64,000 bases of DNA from Planctomycetota bacterium (GTDB lineage Bacteria > Planctomycetota > UBA1135 > UBA2386): NCBI GenBank assembly GCA_046290465.1, contig JBKAGP010000001.1:2912001-2976000 (forward strand), in the 5' to 3' direction. The notes under the pieces were generated by a model. The model searched no databases. It saw nothing but the letters and a program-made list of their open reading frames with translations, and had not been told where the DNA came from. The stretch's first letter is position 1. Each line of letters begins with the position of its first letter. Shown in pieces: positions 12,085-21,193 of the stretch. Position numbers and translations under genes: made by a program.

Positions 12085-13581
12085 CTACTTTCGGCGCGGA
12101 TTCGGCGCGTCGAGCGCGCGCTGCGCCAGATAGCGACGGTGCAGGTCGGCCAGCACGTCGGGGCGTTCGCTCGCGAGGTTGCGCTGCTCGCGCGGATCGT
12201 CGGCGAGGTGAAAGAGCTGCCAGTCGCCCGGACGCTGCGGCTCCTTCTTGCCGTAGCGCACGATCTTCCAGTCCCCGAGTCGCAGCGCGCGCCGGTTGCT
12301 GCCCGAACTCCACACCCAGTAGAGTTCGCGCTCGCCAACGCCGGCCGCCGCCCACGCGGCATCGTCGCCCATCATCAGCGGACCGATGTCGACGCCGTCG
12401 ACGCCCGCGGGCGTCGCGCCGCCGCAGATCCGCGCCAGCGTCGGCAGCCAGTCGATGCAGTGCACCGGCTCGTCGACCTCGCGCGCCGGCACCTTGCCCG
12501 GCCACACCGCAAACCCCGGCACGTGCACGCCGCCTTCGTAGGTGTCGGTCTTCTTGCCGCGCATCGGGATCGGCTGGTTGAAGTCGGTCAGCTTGAGGTC
12601 GGCGGGATAGGCGTTGCCGCCCCAGCTGCCCTGCGGCCCGTTGTCCGACGTGAACAGGATCAGGGTGTCGTCGCGCTGGCCGGTGCGCTGCAGCGCGTCG
12701 ACGACCTGCCCGATCGCGTGGTCCATGTGGTGCACCGCCGCCAGCAGCAACCGCTTCTCCGGGTCCTGCTCGCGCTGGATCAGCCCCTCGGGGTCGTGGA
12801 ACCACGGGATCTCGTTCTCGTCGAGCCAACGCTGCGGATCGTCCGGATCGAGCTGCGTCGGCCGATCGACGAAGCGACCGCGCTCGTCGAGCGGCGTGTG
12901 CACCGCGTGGAACGCGAGGTAGAGGAAGAACGGCTCGTCGCGCTTCTGCTCGATCACGCGCACCGCTTCGCGCGCGGTCAGGTCGGTCGCGTGGGTGCCG
13001 TTCTCCCAGCCGGGGATGATGCGGTCGTCGCGGTGCCAGTTTTCGGCGAAGCGGCCCTTGCGGTAGCGGTGGTCGTACATGCCGACCGCGCCGGCGAGCG
13101 AGCCGTAGCTGTGGTCGAAGCCGAACCGGGTCGGCCCGTGTTCGACCGACGTGCCGAGGTGCCACTTGCCGACCAGGTAGGTCGCGTAGCCCGCATCGCG
13201 AAACATCGAGCCGAGCGTCGGCGTGCCGATCGGAAAGGCGGGCGCGTTGTTGGCCTGCTGCGCGTGCGGCCCGAAGCGCGACGGGTAGCGGCCGGTCATC
13301 ACGGCGACGCGCGTCGGCGTGCACTGCGGCATCACGTAGTGCTGGGTGAAGCGCGTGCCAGAACGGGCGAGGGCGTCGAGGTTGGGCGAGTAGACGGCGG
13401 GGTTGTGGTAGCCGATGTCGCCCCAGCCCTGGTCGTCGGTGACGATGACGAGGACGTTGGGGCGGGTGGGGTTGATGGGCTGCGTGGGGCTGGCCGACTG
13501 GGCGAGAAGGTGCGGGAGGGTGGCGGCGAGGGCGAGCAGCGGCGGGAGCAGGGTGGGCGTGGCGATGCGGCGGCGGGGCAT
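12085..13581 (-). CDS. Arylsulfatase (formylglycine-dependent)
   Basis: TDDQG, CTPTR, GKWHLG, SDNG, signal peptide. Confidence 0.93.
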   Translation of the reverse strand: MPRRRIATPTLLPPLLALAATLPHLLAQSASPTQPINPTRPNVLVIVTDDQGWGDIGYHNPAVYSPNLDALARSGTRFTQHYVMPQCTPTRVAVMTGRYPSRFGPHAQQANNAPAFPIGTPTLGSMFRDAGYATYLVGKWHLGTSVEHGPTRFGFDHSYGSLAGAVGMYDHRYRKGRFAENWHRDDRIIPGWENGTHATDLTAREAVRVIEQKRDEPFFLYLAFHAVHTPLDERGRFVDRPTQLDPDDPQRWLDENEIPWFHDPEGLIQREQDPEKRLLLAAVHHMDHAIGQVVDALQRTGQRDDTLILFTSDNGPQGSWGGNAYPADLKLTDFNQPIPMRGKKTDTYEGGVHVPGFAVWPGKVPAREVDEPVHCIDWLPTLARICGGATPAGVDGVDIGPLMMGDDAAWAAAGVGERELYWVWSSGSNRRALRLGDWKIVRYGKKEPQRPGDWQLFHLADDPREQRNLASERPDVLADLHRRYLAQRALDAPNPRRK

Positions 13582-13917
13582 GGGGGCAATGTCGCAGGAA
13601 TGATCGGGGTTGCCCAGCATCGCGGCGGCTGGGACCGCCGCGGCTCCGCTCACCGGGCCAACGCGGCGGAGTTCGGGGCCGGGCAGGGCGAGCAATACGT
13701 AGAGAGGGTGGTCCCGGCGGGACGAGCGCGCGCGTGCCGTTCGCAGCATTCGCGCAAGTCCCTTGCTTACAACGCACTCCGGCGGCGCCAGAGCAACGAC
13801 CGGCGCGCCCGATGCCATCGTGACTTGACGGTCCCGGCCGGGGCACAGAAGATTTCCCATCCTCTCGTCTCGCCCGGCCGCGTAACGCGACCGAACCTCA
13901 CACACCAGGGAACCTCC

Positions 13918-14394
13918 ATGCGCATCGAACCGGTCTACCTAGTCGCCCCGAAACCCGAGCAGAAGAACGTGCCCACGCGGCGCGCGTTCTTGATCGCCGG
14001 GGGAACGTTCTTGGCCGGGCTGGGCCTCGGCGGTGCGTGCGGGTTTGCGGCGGGTTCGCGTGGGTCGGGTAAGGGTGAGGGCGCGGTGGAGGAGCGGCTG
14101 GAGCCGACTGGGAACGCGGAGCTCGATGAGCTGCGGCGGTTGGCGGTGGAGGCTCCGGTGGAGGAGTTGATGGAGAAGGCGACTGCCTTTCTCGACCTGC
14201 TTGCGCAGAAGTACGACTCGGACAAGATCGGCTGGCGAGGCGCAGACCGCATTGCCGATCAGCTGCTAAATGGGCCGGCCCGCTCAGACGGCCGCCTCCT
14301 TGCTCGCTGGCTGATGCAGGTCATCGAACGTCGCGACTCCAAAGAGGCACAAGCACGCCTCAGGCTTCTGCCTAGACTCGCCAAGGTTCGCTAG
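13918..14394 (+). CDS. Hypothetical protein with Tat-like RR motif and TM
   Basis: PTRRAFLIAGGTFLAGLGLGG; ATG 13918. Confidence 0.6.
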   Translation: MRIEPVYLVAPKPEQKNVPTRRAFLIAGGTFLAGLGLGGACGFAAGSRGSGKGEGAVEERLEPTGNAELDELRRLAVEAPVEELMEKATAFLDLLAQKYDSDKIGWRGADRIADQLLNGPARSDGRLLARWLMQVIERRDSKEAQARLRLLPRLAKVR

Positions 14395-14657
14395 TGCAGG
14401 GATCTGGCCACATCAAGGTATCCGCCACCGCCGTGCCCGGAGGCACGATTCAGGTGCAAGTCGGATCCGGTGTGTCCACAGTAGAGGTCTCGCTCGGCGG
14501 AGCCGGCGACACCAAGTCATTCAACGTGCCGGACAGCGGAAGTCTCTCCGTTCCAGTCCCGGCCGGTGCAACCGGCGGCATGGTAGTCGCCGTGTCTATC
14601 GGCAAGGGGCTCGCCAAGAAGATCATCTTGGTCGAGATCCTCTCAACTTCTCCGTGA
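14394..14657 (+). CDS. Small beta-rich hypothetical protein
   Basis: Start overlaps the preceding stop; fills the gap to the next gene. Confidence 0.5.
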   Translation: MQGSGHIKVSATAVPGGTIQVQVGSGVSTVEVSLGGAGDTKSFNVPDSGSLSVPVPAGATGGMVVAVSIGKGLAKKIILVEILSTSP

Positions 14658-14676
14658 CCCACCGAGTGCCCACGTC

Positions 14677-15756
14677 ATGAGATTCCTAGTGCCGTCCATC
14701 GCCTCGCTCGTAGCCGCTGGCTTAGCGGATCAAGCAGTCAGCCAGAACCACTGCGTTGTCCCGAGCGCCTTTGCGACGACGGATGCACCGCGCTTCTGCG
14801 CGCTCCCGGGAGCTGCCGACCCATTCCGCCATCAGATCCTCGTCGGCCCAAGCCATTTGTCACCCATGGTCGGGAAGGCGATCACAGCGATCGAGTTTCG
14901 CCGATCGGCTGACTCAGACATGTTCAATGGAGGTGCCATTCACCTCGACCTGCAACTATCAACGTCTCCACTTGCACCGCTGGAGACCTCCGAGCTGTTC
15001 GCCAACAACGCAGGCTCGCAGCCCGTATCGGCGTTCACTGGGCAGGTTGCAGTGCCGACATCGCCCGCAGCCGTCGGACCGAACGTGCCATGGTCCCCCG
15101 ACAACGTAGTGAAGATTCAGCTGAGCGCACCCTTCGCCTACACCGGAGGCACGCTATGCATCGATCTCACTGGCACGCCAGTAGCCGGACAGGAAGTCAA
15201 TTGGTGGATGGCTGACGCGTGCTTCGAGAGCGTGACGGGAAGCACGATTGACCTCGGCGGTGGGTGCGGCAACTTCGGAGGAGCAACATCGCAGTGGAGC
15301 ACAGTCGACAAACGGTCACTCGTACCTGGCGGCTATGCGCACTTTCGGGCCTTCGGCACTCCTTATGGGCTTAGCATTGCGGCGTTCGGCGCGAAGAGCC
15401 CCATTGGAGTTCCGCTGGCAGCACTTGGCTTCAACGCACAAGCGGGTTGCGACCTTTACTTGTCAACATTCGAGTCGCTCATGGCCGGGCTGTTCATCCC
15501 CGACCCTGCACTTCCTGCTCGCGGTGGACGAAGCGACATCACGTTCAAGCTTGTGGCAGACCCACTCCTATTGGGCGCCAGCATGACCACGCAGTGGCTC
15601 GACTGGACGCAACAGTCGACCAGCAACGCGATCGAATGGACAATCGCATCGTCCGTCCCCACGCTTGACATGGCATTGGTGGAAGGCCATCCCCAGTCGT
15701 CGGAGGGTCACGTTTCGACCTACATGGCCCACGTCCTCCGCTTCGAATACCAATAA
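14677..15756 (+). CDS. Secreted hypothetical protein
   Basis: Signal peptide MRFLVPSIASLVAAGLADQAVSQ; 359-aa open frame with relaxed GC3. Confidence 0.7.
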   Translation: MRFLVPSIASLVAAGLADQAVSQNHCVVPSAFATTDAPRFCALPGAADPFRHQILVGPSHLSPMVGKAITAIEFRRSADSDMFNGGAIHLDLQLSTSPLAPLETSELFANNAGSQPVSAFTGQVAVPTSPAAVGPNVPWSPDNVVKIQLSAPFAYTGGTLCIDLTGTPVAGQEVNWWMADACFESVTGSTIDLGGGCGNFGGATSQWSTVDKRSLVPGGYAHFRAFGTPYGLSIAAFGAKSPIGVPLAALGFNAQAGCDLYLSTFESLMAGLFIPDPALPARGGRSDITFKLVADPLLLGASMTTQWLDWTQQSTSNAIEWTIASSVPTLDMALVEGHPQSSEGHVSTYMAHVLRFEYQ

Positions 15757-15758
15757 CC

Positions 15759-16577
15759 CTACCCCTGACACCCCGGGCACCAATACACCCGCCGCCCAGC
15801 ACTCTCCCCCTTCACCACCACCACCCCACACACCCGACACCCCTTCCCCGCGCGCGCAAACACATAATGCCGCCGCTCCCGACGCGGCACCCCCTCCGCC
15901 TCCAACCTCCGATTGTCGTCCGGATCGTTGGTCACCCCCTTCAGCCGGTACGCGCGCCGCGCGATCTCCAGGATCGCATCCGCCAGCGCCGCGACCTGCC
16001 CATCCGACAGATCCTTGGGCCGCAGCTCCGGCACCAGCCCGCTGACGAACAGGATCTCGCTGCGCAGGTAGTTGCCGAGCCCGCTGACGAACCCCTGGTC
16101 CAACAGCAGCGCCCCGAGCGAACGCCCGGCAAATCGCGCGTCGCGCAGTCGCTTGCGCACCGTCGCCGCCCGCACCTGGCCCGACAGCACGTCCGGCCCG
16201 AGCTTGCTCAAGAACGGGTGGCCTGCAAGCTCTTCGTCCGCGAGCACCTCGATCTCCGAGGCCGAGTAGAGCAGCGCCGACCGCGTCTCCGTGTGCACCG
16301 CAAAGCGCAGCTGGCGGTTGGTCTTGGGCTCGCAGCCGCGCGCGACCACATACCACCGCCCGTAGAGCTGGTTGTGCGCATAGACGTTCCACCCGCCCTC
16401 GAACCGCGTCAGCAGCGCCTTGCCGCGTGATTCGACCGCCACCACCTCACGCCCGCGCAGCATGTCCGCATGCTCGGCCAGCCGCGCAAACGCAAACCAC
16501 ACCTCCTCGGCGCGCTTGCCACGCAGAGCGCGCGCGATGCGGTCGGCCTCCTGCCGGATCTCGGGCCCTTCGGGCAT
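15759..16577 (-). CDS. nei: Endonuclease VIII (Fpg/Nei DNA glycosylase)
   Basis: N-terminal MPEGPE, RGKALL, H2TH GLGNYLRSE, C-terminal zinc finger CRVC...CPGCQ. Confidence 0.93.
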   Translation of the reverse strand: MPEGPEIRQEADRIARALRGKRAEEVWFAFARLAEHADMLRGREVVAVESRGKALLTRFEGGWNVYAHNQLYGRWYVVARGCEPKTNRQLRFAVHTETRSALLYSASEIEVLADEELAGHPFLSKLGPDVLSGQVRAATVRKRLRDARFAGRSLGALLLDQGFVSGLGNYLRSEILFVSGLVPELRPKDLSDGQVAALADAILEIARRAYRLKGVTNDPDDNRRLEAEGVPRRERRHYVFARAGKGCRVCGVVVVKGESAGRRVYWCPGCQG

Positions 16578-16621
16578 GCCAACATGCTTCGCCCACAGCG
16601 GCGCGACGGACGCGCCCGAAG

Positions 16622-18295
16622 TTAGCGAACGACCACGCGCTGCGGTTCGGTCGTTACCACCACCGCATCCGAACGGCGCCCCTGGCGGAAGCTCTGGACC
16701 ACTCGGACACGCATGCCCTTCCCGCCCGGCGGCGCGAGCAGCACGCACCGGCCCTCCGCATCCGTGGTGGCGCGCGACATCGCGCGCCACGGCAGCTCGC
16801 CGATGCCGTCCGGCATGCCGGAGAGCCGTTCGCCGCGCAGCCACACGACGTCGAGCCGGTGCCGCGAGAAGTTGGCCGGCAGCGCCAGCTGCACCTGCTG
16901 TCCGGCGACCGGCAGCCCATCGTCGTCCACGATCGTCAGCGGCATCGCGACCATGCGCTGCAGGCGCACCTCGAGCGGCGCCTGGCCCTCGGCCGCGTGC
17001 ACCGACACCAACCCGCACGTCCAGCGAAGGTCCTCCGGCACCACCGCGACCCACGTCGGCCCCGCGGCGACACCGACGTCGAGCCGACCATCGCGATGGC
17101 GGCCCGCCGCGCGCAGCTGGGTGCAGAACCAGCTCGTCCCCGGCACCCAAGTACGCACCGCATACCGTTCGATCGGCGCGCCCGAATCGGCATCGACGAC
17201 CCGCAGCGGGACCGCATCCCAACGCCGCAGCGGGACGACCACGTCATGCTCGCCCCACGCGAGCTCCGCCGTGGCTCGCAGCGGCTCGCAGTCGCCGCAT
17301 CCGTAGAGCTTGACCCGCGGCATCCGCGAGACCCCGTCGAACTGCGGCAGCACAAACGTCCCGTCGGGCCCGGTGACGACATCCATGTCGAGGTCGGCCG
17401 CGCGCGGCAGCCGCATCGCCACGCCCTCGACCGGCAGCCCGTGCTGGTCGACGCAACGCCCGGCAAGGTAGGGCCGCCGCGCCACCACCAGCGTCACGCT
17501 CTGGTCGGATTCTTCGGTCAGCAGCAGCCGCGACGGCTCGGGGCGCAGCGCCGGATCGACCGGGACGACCTCGACGGTTGACGACCACAACCGCTCCGGC
17601 ACGACGAAGCGGCCGTGCTCGTCGCTCTGCACACGAATCCGTTCTCCGTAGCGCTCCTCCCACCACACGCGGCAGAACGGTGCTGCCGTCATCGGCTGGT
17701 CCGGATACGGCTCGGGCGGCGGCTTCCAGCCGGGCGTCGGACCGGTGGGCCCCTTGCCAGCACGCATCCGGCGACGAACCACCAGATCGAACGCCATCTT
17801 CTGCGGCCTGCCGTCGCCATCCCTCACGACCCCGCGCAGCGCGACGCCGCGCATGCACGAGAAGGCACACCAATAGGTCGCGCCGGCGCGCAGCGAGCCG
17901 GCCCAATAACGATCCCGCGCGCAGTCGGGATGCTCGAAGCGCAGCTCGACCTCGACGCCGGGGCGGGCCAGCACGTCGAGTTCGAACACGCCGTCCTCGC
18001 CGGCCAGGACCGACGGCCGCCGCCGCAGGTCGGCGTCGTCGCCCGGCTCGACCGCGCCGGAGTAGATGGCCGTGACCTTGCAGCCGGCGAGCGGCTGGCG
18101 CGGCCGCTTCGAGCAGCAGAAGCCGACGATACGGGCGTGTCGCGGGCTGGCTGGCTTCGCGGTCGACGGATCCTGGACCGTTGTGCGCGCCGCACACAGG
18201 TCGGTTGGTGGCGATGCCGCAACCGCAGCCAAGAGCAGCAACATCGGCCAGCAACGCCACCACGGCCAACGGCCACGCAAATCCAAGCGCATCAT
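16622..18295 (-). CDS. Secreted protein with repeated carboxypeptidase-regulatory-like domains
   Basis: Repeats of GxVxDxxGxP...TDxxGxF type; hydrophobic N-terminus; the ORF-track extension to 20092 is antisense shadow. Confidence 0.65.
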   Translation of the reverse strand: MMRLDLRGRWPWWRCWPMLLLLAAVAASPPTDLCAARTTVQDPSTAKPASPRHARIVGFCCSKRPRQPLAGCKVTAIYSGAVEPGDDADLRRRPSVLAGEDGVFELDVLARPGVEVELRFEHPDCARDRYWAGSLRAGATYWCAFSCMRGVALRGVVRDGDGRPQKMAFDLVVRRRMRAGKGPTGPTPGWKPPPEPYPDQPMTAAPFCRVWWEERYGERIRVQSDEHGRFVVPERLWSSTVEVVPVDPALRPEPSRLLLTEESDQSVTLVVARRPYLAGRCVDQHGLPVEGVAMRLPRAADLDMDVVTGPDGTFVLPQFDGVSRMPRVKLYGCGDCEPLRATAELAWGEHDVVVPLRRWDAVPLRVVDADSGAPIERYAVRTWVPGTSWFCTQLRAAGRHRDGRLDVGVAAGPTWVAVVPEDLRWTCGLVSVHAAEGQAPLEVRLQRMVAMPLTIVDDDGLPVAGQQVQLALPANFSRHRLDVVWLRGERLSGMPDGIGELPWRAMSRATTDAEGRCVLLAPPGGKGMRVRVVQSFRQGRRSDAVVVTTEPQRVVVR

Positions 18296-18442
18296 CGAAA
18301 CGTTCCTTCTGGATCGGCGGCGACCGAGGCTCCACCTGTAGCGCACCGGCGCCGCATCGACCACCCCCGCCGCTGCATCCACGTGCGCGGTGCCCGCGAA
18401 CCCGCGGACCGCTCCGCCGATCCGGCGACGAACACCCCCGCC

Positions 18443-20206
18443 ATGCGCACGACCCTGCAGACAGCCTTCCTCCTCGCCGTGACCAGCCTCCCGGCCGCCG
18501 CCGCGGCGCAGTCCTTCCGCCTCGACTTCCAGGACGGCGTCGGCTCGTGGAGCACCGTGCTCGACGGCGTGATGGGCGGACGTTCGACCGGTCGCGTCAC
18601 GCAGCCCGAGGCCGGCGTCCTGCGCTTCACCGGGCGACTGTCGCTCGAGAACAACGGCGGCTTCTCGCAGATGCGCACTGCGGTCGCTCGCGGTGCGCTG
18701 GCCGGCGCCGAGGGCATCGAGCTCGACGTGCGCGGCGACGGGCGCAGCTACAAGTTTGACATCCGGCAGAGCACGGTGCGCATGATGGCCGGCGCCTACC
18801 AGCAGGAGTTCGCCACCAAGGACGGCGAGTGGACGCGGGTGCGCCTGCCGCTGACCGGCTTCACGCTCTACAGCTTTGGCCGCAAGGTCCGCCGCGCGCC
18901 GCCGCTCGACGCCAGCAAGATCGAGTCGCTCGGCATCACGCTCGCCGACAAGAAGGCCGGCAGCTTTGCGCTCGAGGTGCGTTCGATCGCCGCCTACGGC
19001 GCCGACGCCAGCCCCGGTGATGGCGGCGACGCTGCCGGCAGTGGCGGTGACGACCTCGCGTCGGTCGCCAGGAGCGCCGGCCTCGACACGCTGCTGCGAC
19101 TGGTCGAAGCCGCCGGCCTCCCCCTGCCGCAGACGCCGGTCACGATCCTGGCGCCGACTGACGAGGCGTTTGCCGCGATCCCGCGCGAGTCGTTGCGCAA
19201 CCTGCTGCGGCCGGAGTCGCGCGAGACGCTGCGCCTGATCCTGAGCCACCACATCCTGCCGGCGCCGCAGGCGGCCGGCGACCTGCTGCAACGCCGCACG
19301 CTGACCAGCCTCGCCGGCCAACCGCTCGCCGTCGACGACGTCGTGCGCACCGTCGGCGGCGCCGGACTGGTCGCCACCGACGTGCGCTTCGACGGCGGCC
19401 TGGTGCACGTCGTCGACACCGTGCTGATGCCGGAGACGCGTTCGATCGCCGAGGTCGCCGCCGCGACGCCGGAACTCGCGACGCTCGTCACCGCCGTCAC
19501 CACCGCCGGCCTCGCCGAACAGCTCGGCCCGGACAACGGACCGTGGACGGTGTTTGCGCCGGTCGACAGCGCGTTTGCCAGGTTGCCGAACGGCACGCTC
19601 GCAACGCTGCTCGAGCAGGGAAACCGGCGCCAGCTCACCGAGATCCTCGGCCTGCACGTCGTGCCCGGCCGCATCGCCGCGCGCGACCTGCTGGCCAAGA
19701 AGCAGCTGACGACGCTGATGGGCGCGCCGATCGAATTGCGCCTGGTCGATCGCAAGCTGCAGGTCGGCGATGCCACGATCGTCACGACCGACGTGCAGGC
19801 CGCCAACGGCGTCGTGCACCTGATCGACCGCGTGCTCACCGAGCCGGCCGGCGGTGGCGAGCGCGGCAAGGACGTTCGCCAGCTGCAGCCGCGCGAGCCC
19901 CGCGCCGTCGACGTGTCGACCGAAGCGATGCGCGTCTACGAAGCCGCGATCCGCCGCGGCGCGGGCCTGTGGAACGACGGCAACCGCGACGGCTGCGCCG
20001 CCGTCTACGAGGTCGCGATCCTGTCCATGATCGCGCTCGGCCGCGACCGCCTGCCGGCTGCCGTGGTCGAGGTGCTGGTCGAGGCGAGCCAACGCGGCGG
20101 CCGACAGGATGCGGTCCAGGCCGCCTGGACCTATCGCAACGCGCTCGACGAGGTCTACCGCCGCTTGCGTAGCGGCGCGGAGCCGCAGCGCCGCGACCAG
20201 CGGTGA
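18443..20206 (+). CDS. CIA30-family domain fused to two fasciclin (FAS1) domains
   Basis: DGVMGGRS, LENNGGF, GDGRSY (CIA30); TILAPTDEAF, TVFAPVDSAF, NGVVHLIDRVL (FAS1). Confidence 0.9.
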   Translation: MRTTLQTAFLLAVTSLPAAAAAQSFRLDFQDGVGSWSTVLDGVMGGRSTGRVTQPEAGVLRFTGRLSLENNGGFSQMRTAVARGALAGAEGIELDVRGDGRSYKFDIRQSTVRMMAGAYQQEFATKDGEWTRVRLPLTGFTLYSFGRKVRRAPPLDASKIESLGITLADKKAGSFALEVRSIAAYGADASPGDGGDAAGSGGDDLASVARSAGLDTLLRLVEAAGLPLPQTPVTILAPTDEAFAAIPRESLRNLLRPESRETLRLILSHHILPAPQAAGDLLQRRTLTSLAGQPLAVDDVVRTVGGAGLVATDVRFDGGLVHVVDTVLMPETRSIAEVAAATPELATLVTAVTTAGLAEQLGPDNGPWTVFAPVDSAFARLPNGTLATLLEQGNRRQLTEILGLHVVPGRIAARDLLAKKQLTTLMGAPIELRLVDRKLQVGDATIVTTDVQAANGVVHLIDRVLTEPAGGGERGKDVRQLQPREPRAVDVSTEAMRVYEAAIRRGAGLWNDGNRDGCAAVYEVAILSMIALGRDRLPAAVVEVLVEASQRGGRQDAVQAAWTYRNALDEVYRRLRSGAEPQRRDQR

Positions 20207-20216
20207 GCCGCCGCCG

Positions 20217-20981
20217 CTAGAACTTGCCGCTGTTGCCGGTGTCCGCGGGGATCACCTCCGCGTTGACCCACCGCTCGACGATGATCCCGTCCTCGAGCCG
20301 AAACAGGTCGAACACCGCCTGCGCCTCCCCGCCGACGTCGACCTCGCAGTAGGTCACGACGAAGTTGCCCTGCCCAAGCAACCGAAACAGGTTGCCGTAG
20401 TGCACCTCCCGCGCCGCAAGATCGTCGACCCAAGCCTGCCGCCCATCGGCGACCGCGAGATCGTGCTGCACGAGATCCTCGGCCACGAAGTCCCCCATCT
20501 CCTCGTGCGCGCCCCCGAGCAGCACCCGTTCGAAGAACGCGTCGACGAGTTCTTTGTTGGCCTGGGTCCGATCCAGATCCCGAACCTCGGTCGGCCCCCC
20601 AAGCTGCGAACGCCCGTCGCCCCGAGCAGCCGCCCACGGCGAGATCACGTCCCAGTGCTCGACGATCTTGTCGTCTTCGTCCGTGTCGAACATGTCGGTC
20701 GTCACCCACCGCGCCTCCCCCTCGTTGAGATCCTGCGACACCTGGCAGAACACGTAGCGCCCATCCTCGATCGCCCGCACCACCCGAATGTCCCGCTTCG
20801 TCCACCGCTCGAGGAACGGCCCGAAGAACGCCAAGAACCCTTCGCGCCCGTCGGCGACGCCGGTCGAGTGCTGCGTGTAGCGGGCGCCGGTGAAGTCGTG
20901 GATGGCGTCGTGGATGTGGCCGTCGCGGATGCCGTGCAGGTAGAGGTTGAGGGCGTTTTGGAGTTTGGGGGTGGGGTGCAT
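20217..20981 (-). CDS. Tandem SnoaL-like/NTF2 domain protein
   Basis: YTQHSTGVADGREGF, KIVEHWD; second repeat VQHDLAVADG...IVERW. Confidence 0.85.
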   Translation of the reverse strand: MHPTPKLQNALNLYLHGIRDGHIHDAIHDFTGARYTQHSTGVADGREGFLAFFGPFLERWTKRDIRVVRAIEDGRYVFCQVSQDLNEGEARWVTTDMFDTDEDDKIVEHWDVISPWAAARGDGRSQLGGPTEVRDLDRTQANKELVDAFFERVLLGGAHEEMGDFVAEDLVQHDLAVADGRQAWVDDLAAREVHYGNLFRLLGQGNFVVTYCEVDVGGEAQAVFDLFRLEDGIIVERWVNAEVIPADTGNSGKF

Positions 20982-21079
20982 GGGGGGATGGTTGGGTGGT
21001 GGTGGCGGAGTGGTCGCGGGGTGATGGCGGGGGTGGGCGCGGGGTGCTGGTGGGGTGGGTCGCGGGGGCGCGACGCGCG

Positions 21080-21108
21080 TTGCATCGGTGGGTTGGCGTG
21101 TCTACGAT
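21080..21108 (+). promoter_or_regulatory. Sigma70-type promoter of tRNA-Gly
   Basis: TTGCAT-17 nt-TACGAT ending 10 nt before the tRNA. Confidence 0.55.
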
Positions 21109-21118
21109 GCGCGGGCGC

Positions 21119-21193
21119 GCGGGTGTAGTTCAGTGGTAGAACGTCAGCTTCCCAAGCTGAATGTCGTCGGTTCGATCCCGATCACCCGCTCCA
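21119..21193 (+). tRNA. tRNA-Gly (anticodon CCC), CCA encoded
   Basis: Full cloverleaf: acceptor GCGGGTG/CACCCGC, D-arm GTTC/GAAC, anticodon arm TCAGC-TTCCCAA-GCTGA, T-loop TTCGATC. Confidence 0.97.

Noticed and set aside
11462..14394. Long ORFs 11462..13846 (-) and 12139..14394 (+)
   Set aside because: GC-rich alternative-frame or antisense extensions over the sulfatase; the real genes are their C-terminal portions (ECF sigma, Tat-like protein)
18296..20092. 1156-aa ORF 16622..20092 as a single giant protein
   Set aside because: Its N-terminal ~600 aa are the antisense shadow of the CIA30-fasciclin gene; only the part from ~18295 looks real
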